Source: Haliotis rubra
Taxonomy: Eukaryota
DNA length: 64,000 nt
Assembly (NCBI RefSeq): GCF_003918875.1
Contig: NW_025767080.1
Span: 496,001-560,000 of the forward strand
Direction of reading: 5' to 3'
Shown: piece after piece, positions 62,475 to 64,000 of the stretch
How the letters are laid out: every line of letters starts with the position of its first letter
Numbering within the stretch: the first letter of the stretch is position 1
Notes under the pieces: generated by a model
Database searches by the model: none
Told to the model about the DNA's origin: nothing
Seen by the model: the letters and a program-made list of their open reading frames with translations, nothing else
Program-made: the position numbers and the translations under genes

Positions 62475-62568
62475 GTATTTAACAGGGTCCACAACATTCA
62501 TCTCGGGTGCGTTGTACGTGGTGTACTGGAGAGACAGTGTCAAGGTACTCAACCAGGTCAAGAAGTGA
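62475..62568 (+). CDS. CRLS1: CRLS1 last coding exon (372 aa in total if the 2-bp insertion is removed)
   Basis: gtgcag| acceptor. Translates (W)YLTGSTTFISGALYVVYWRDSVKVLNQVKK-TGA. Confidence 0.88.
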
Positions 62569-63299
62569 GGTGCATTGTGGGTACAAGTTGTATCGTGGAG
62601 AACATGATGGCGCCAACTGTGTGGGAATGATAACATAGTGATGGTATGCTGTCATACCCACAATTGTGACGACATCCTGATGACATTGTACATCAGTCAT
62701 TCTGCAGAAGACATTGATATAATGCATGTTTTCATGCTACCAATGATAACTTAATTAGCACCACACAATTTTCATGTTCATAACGCCCATCTTTATACAA
62801 TGAAAAACTTTTGTTTGTGATATTTACATTTATCAACAAGTATTATAAAGTACATCACAATGAGAGTGAAATATGTAACAGCTGAGAACAGAAATATTAA
62901 TGCATGAAGTGCGTGGGCTAAGATCTGTATCATGTGTATCTGTTCAAGCATCACCATCCTAGACAGTATCAGATAACCATCCTCTTAGCTTCAGATTATG
63001 TACTGATGACATGGTGCTACAGGTCGTCTGATGTCATTGAGGCAGCATGTGGATCATGATGTCATGATGGTGACATGCTCGTGACATGCGGTCAGGCAGT
63101 GGTCATAGTGAACATATTGTTTTGTGTCAATCAGGATTGGCCATCTTTGTTGAGACAGTTTCTCTCTTACCTGTTGATATGGACATGGGTTGATCATCAA
63201 GAGGTGTGCTTGTGTGTTAATAGGGAGAATTATGAAGATGACTGCTAGCTATTGTTATAGACTGTGTAACATAATGTGCTCATTTCTATTGCTAGTATG

Positions 63300-63305
63300 A
63301 ATAAA
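63300..63305 (+). promoter_or_regulatory. Candidate polyadenylation signal of CRLS1
   Basis: AATAAA ~730 nt after the stop, with a downstream GT-rich tract. Confidence 0.45.
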
Positions 63306-64000
63306 TTGTATTCATTTGAATTGTGGAATTTCACAAATGTGTGTTTATCACTGTTCAACAGTAATTTGTCTTTTGACATTTGTCACAAGTGCTGGAGCAT
63401 TATGCACTACAACAAACATGATTATATTTTTTTTTAAGGCAAAGTATTATGTTTAGATTATTGCATTTGTGTGTTTGATTTCTATGTCAGCAAACATTGT
63501 TTCGGATTGTGTGACTGCTGTTTCTGCTTCTTGTACCTTTACACACCAAACTGACTTCTGTAGCTTTAAGTAGTTTTGCTCCAAGCATTGTCGTACAGTT
63601 TGATTTTGTTGTGTAACATGTGTTAATTGTTTGATCAGTATCTATAGTACTGTCGGAAATAGAAAAAAAACTGTGTTATCTCATTTATCTCTACAATTTA
63701 TGTAGTTGATATGTGAAAGTGTGAAATATCTGTTAAACTAAGTTCGGCCTAACTACAGTCTCGGTGGTAGAGAGATAGGAAACGGAGAAAAAGGACTTTA
63801 CTGAGGGGAAATAAGTGCAGAAATGAGCAATGCAGGTTTTTTCTAAGTCCAAAAAGACTTATTTGGAACAGACCATGGCTTTATGCAAATTAGTGTGCGA
63901 AGATATTGTATTACAAAGGACACTTTTTTAAATGCCCAATTTGAAATTAGACGTAGATTCATTATAAACGATAGCTGACGTAAAAAATAATAACTTTTAT

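Overview
Eukaryotic, intron-rich, AT-rich animal genomic DNA. The repeat families look molluscan, possibly abalone-like; this is inference from recalled repeat sequence, not a database match. There are no prokaryotic features such as operons or CRISPR. Four spliced genes can be reconstructed by hand. (1) The 3' five coding exons of a DHRS7-like short-chain dehydrogenase/reductase (copy A, +, 5..5442). (2) A complete tandem paralogue (copy B, +, 25892..34030, 8 coding exons, 321 aa). (3) GNPNAT1/GNA1 glucosamine-6-phosphate N-acetyltransferase (-, 55809..41766, 6 exons, 199 aa). (4) Head-to-head with it, CRLS1 cardiolipin synthase (+, 56208..62568, 7 exons), which as assembled has a frameshift just before its first catalytic Asp. 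A ~14.4 kb 15-bp satellite with higher-order structure and a ~1.9 kb 22-bp satellite separate the DHRS7 copies; these produce all the giant ORFs in the track, which I treat as spurious. Introns and intergenic DNA hold tRNA-derived SINEs, L2 and RTE-X-like LINE fragments, hAT, PIF/Harbinger and Tc1 non-autonomous elements, Helentron/DINE-1-like elements and several minisatellites. I see no convincing new protein-coding system. The best leads are the CRLS1 frameshift, active-site-focused divergence of the DHRS7 pair, minisatellites grown out of exon/donor junctions, and a fold-back element made of two tRNA-like arms.
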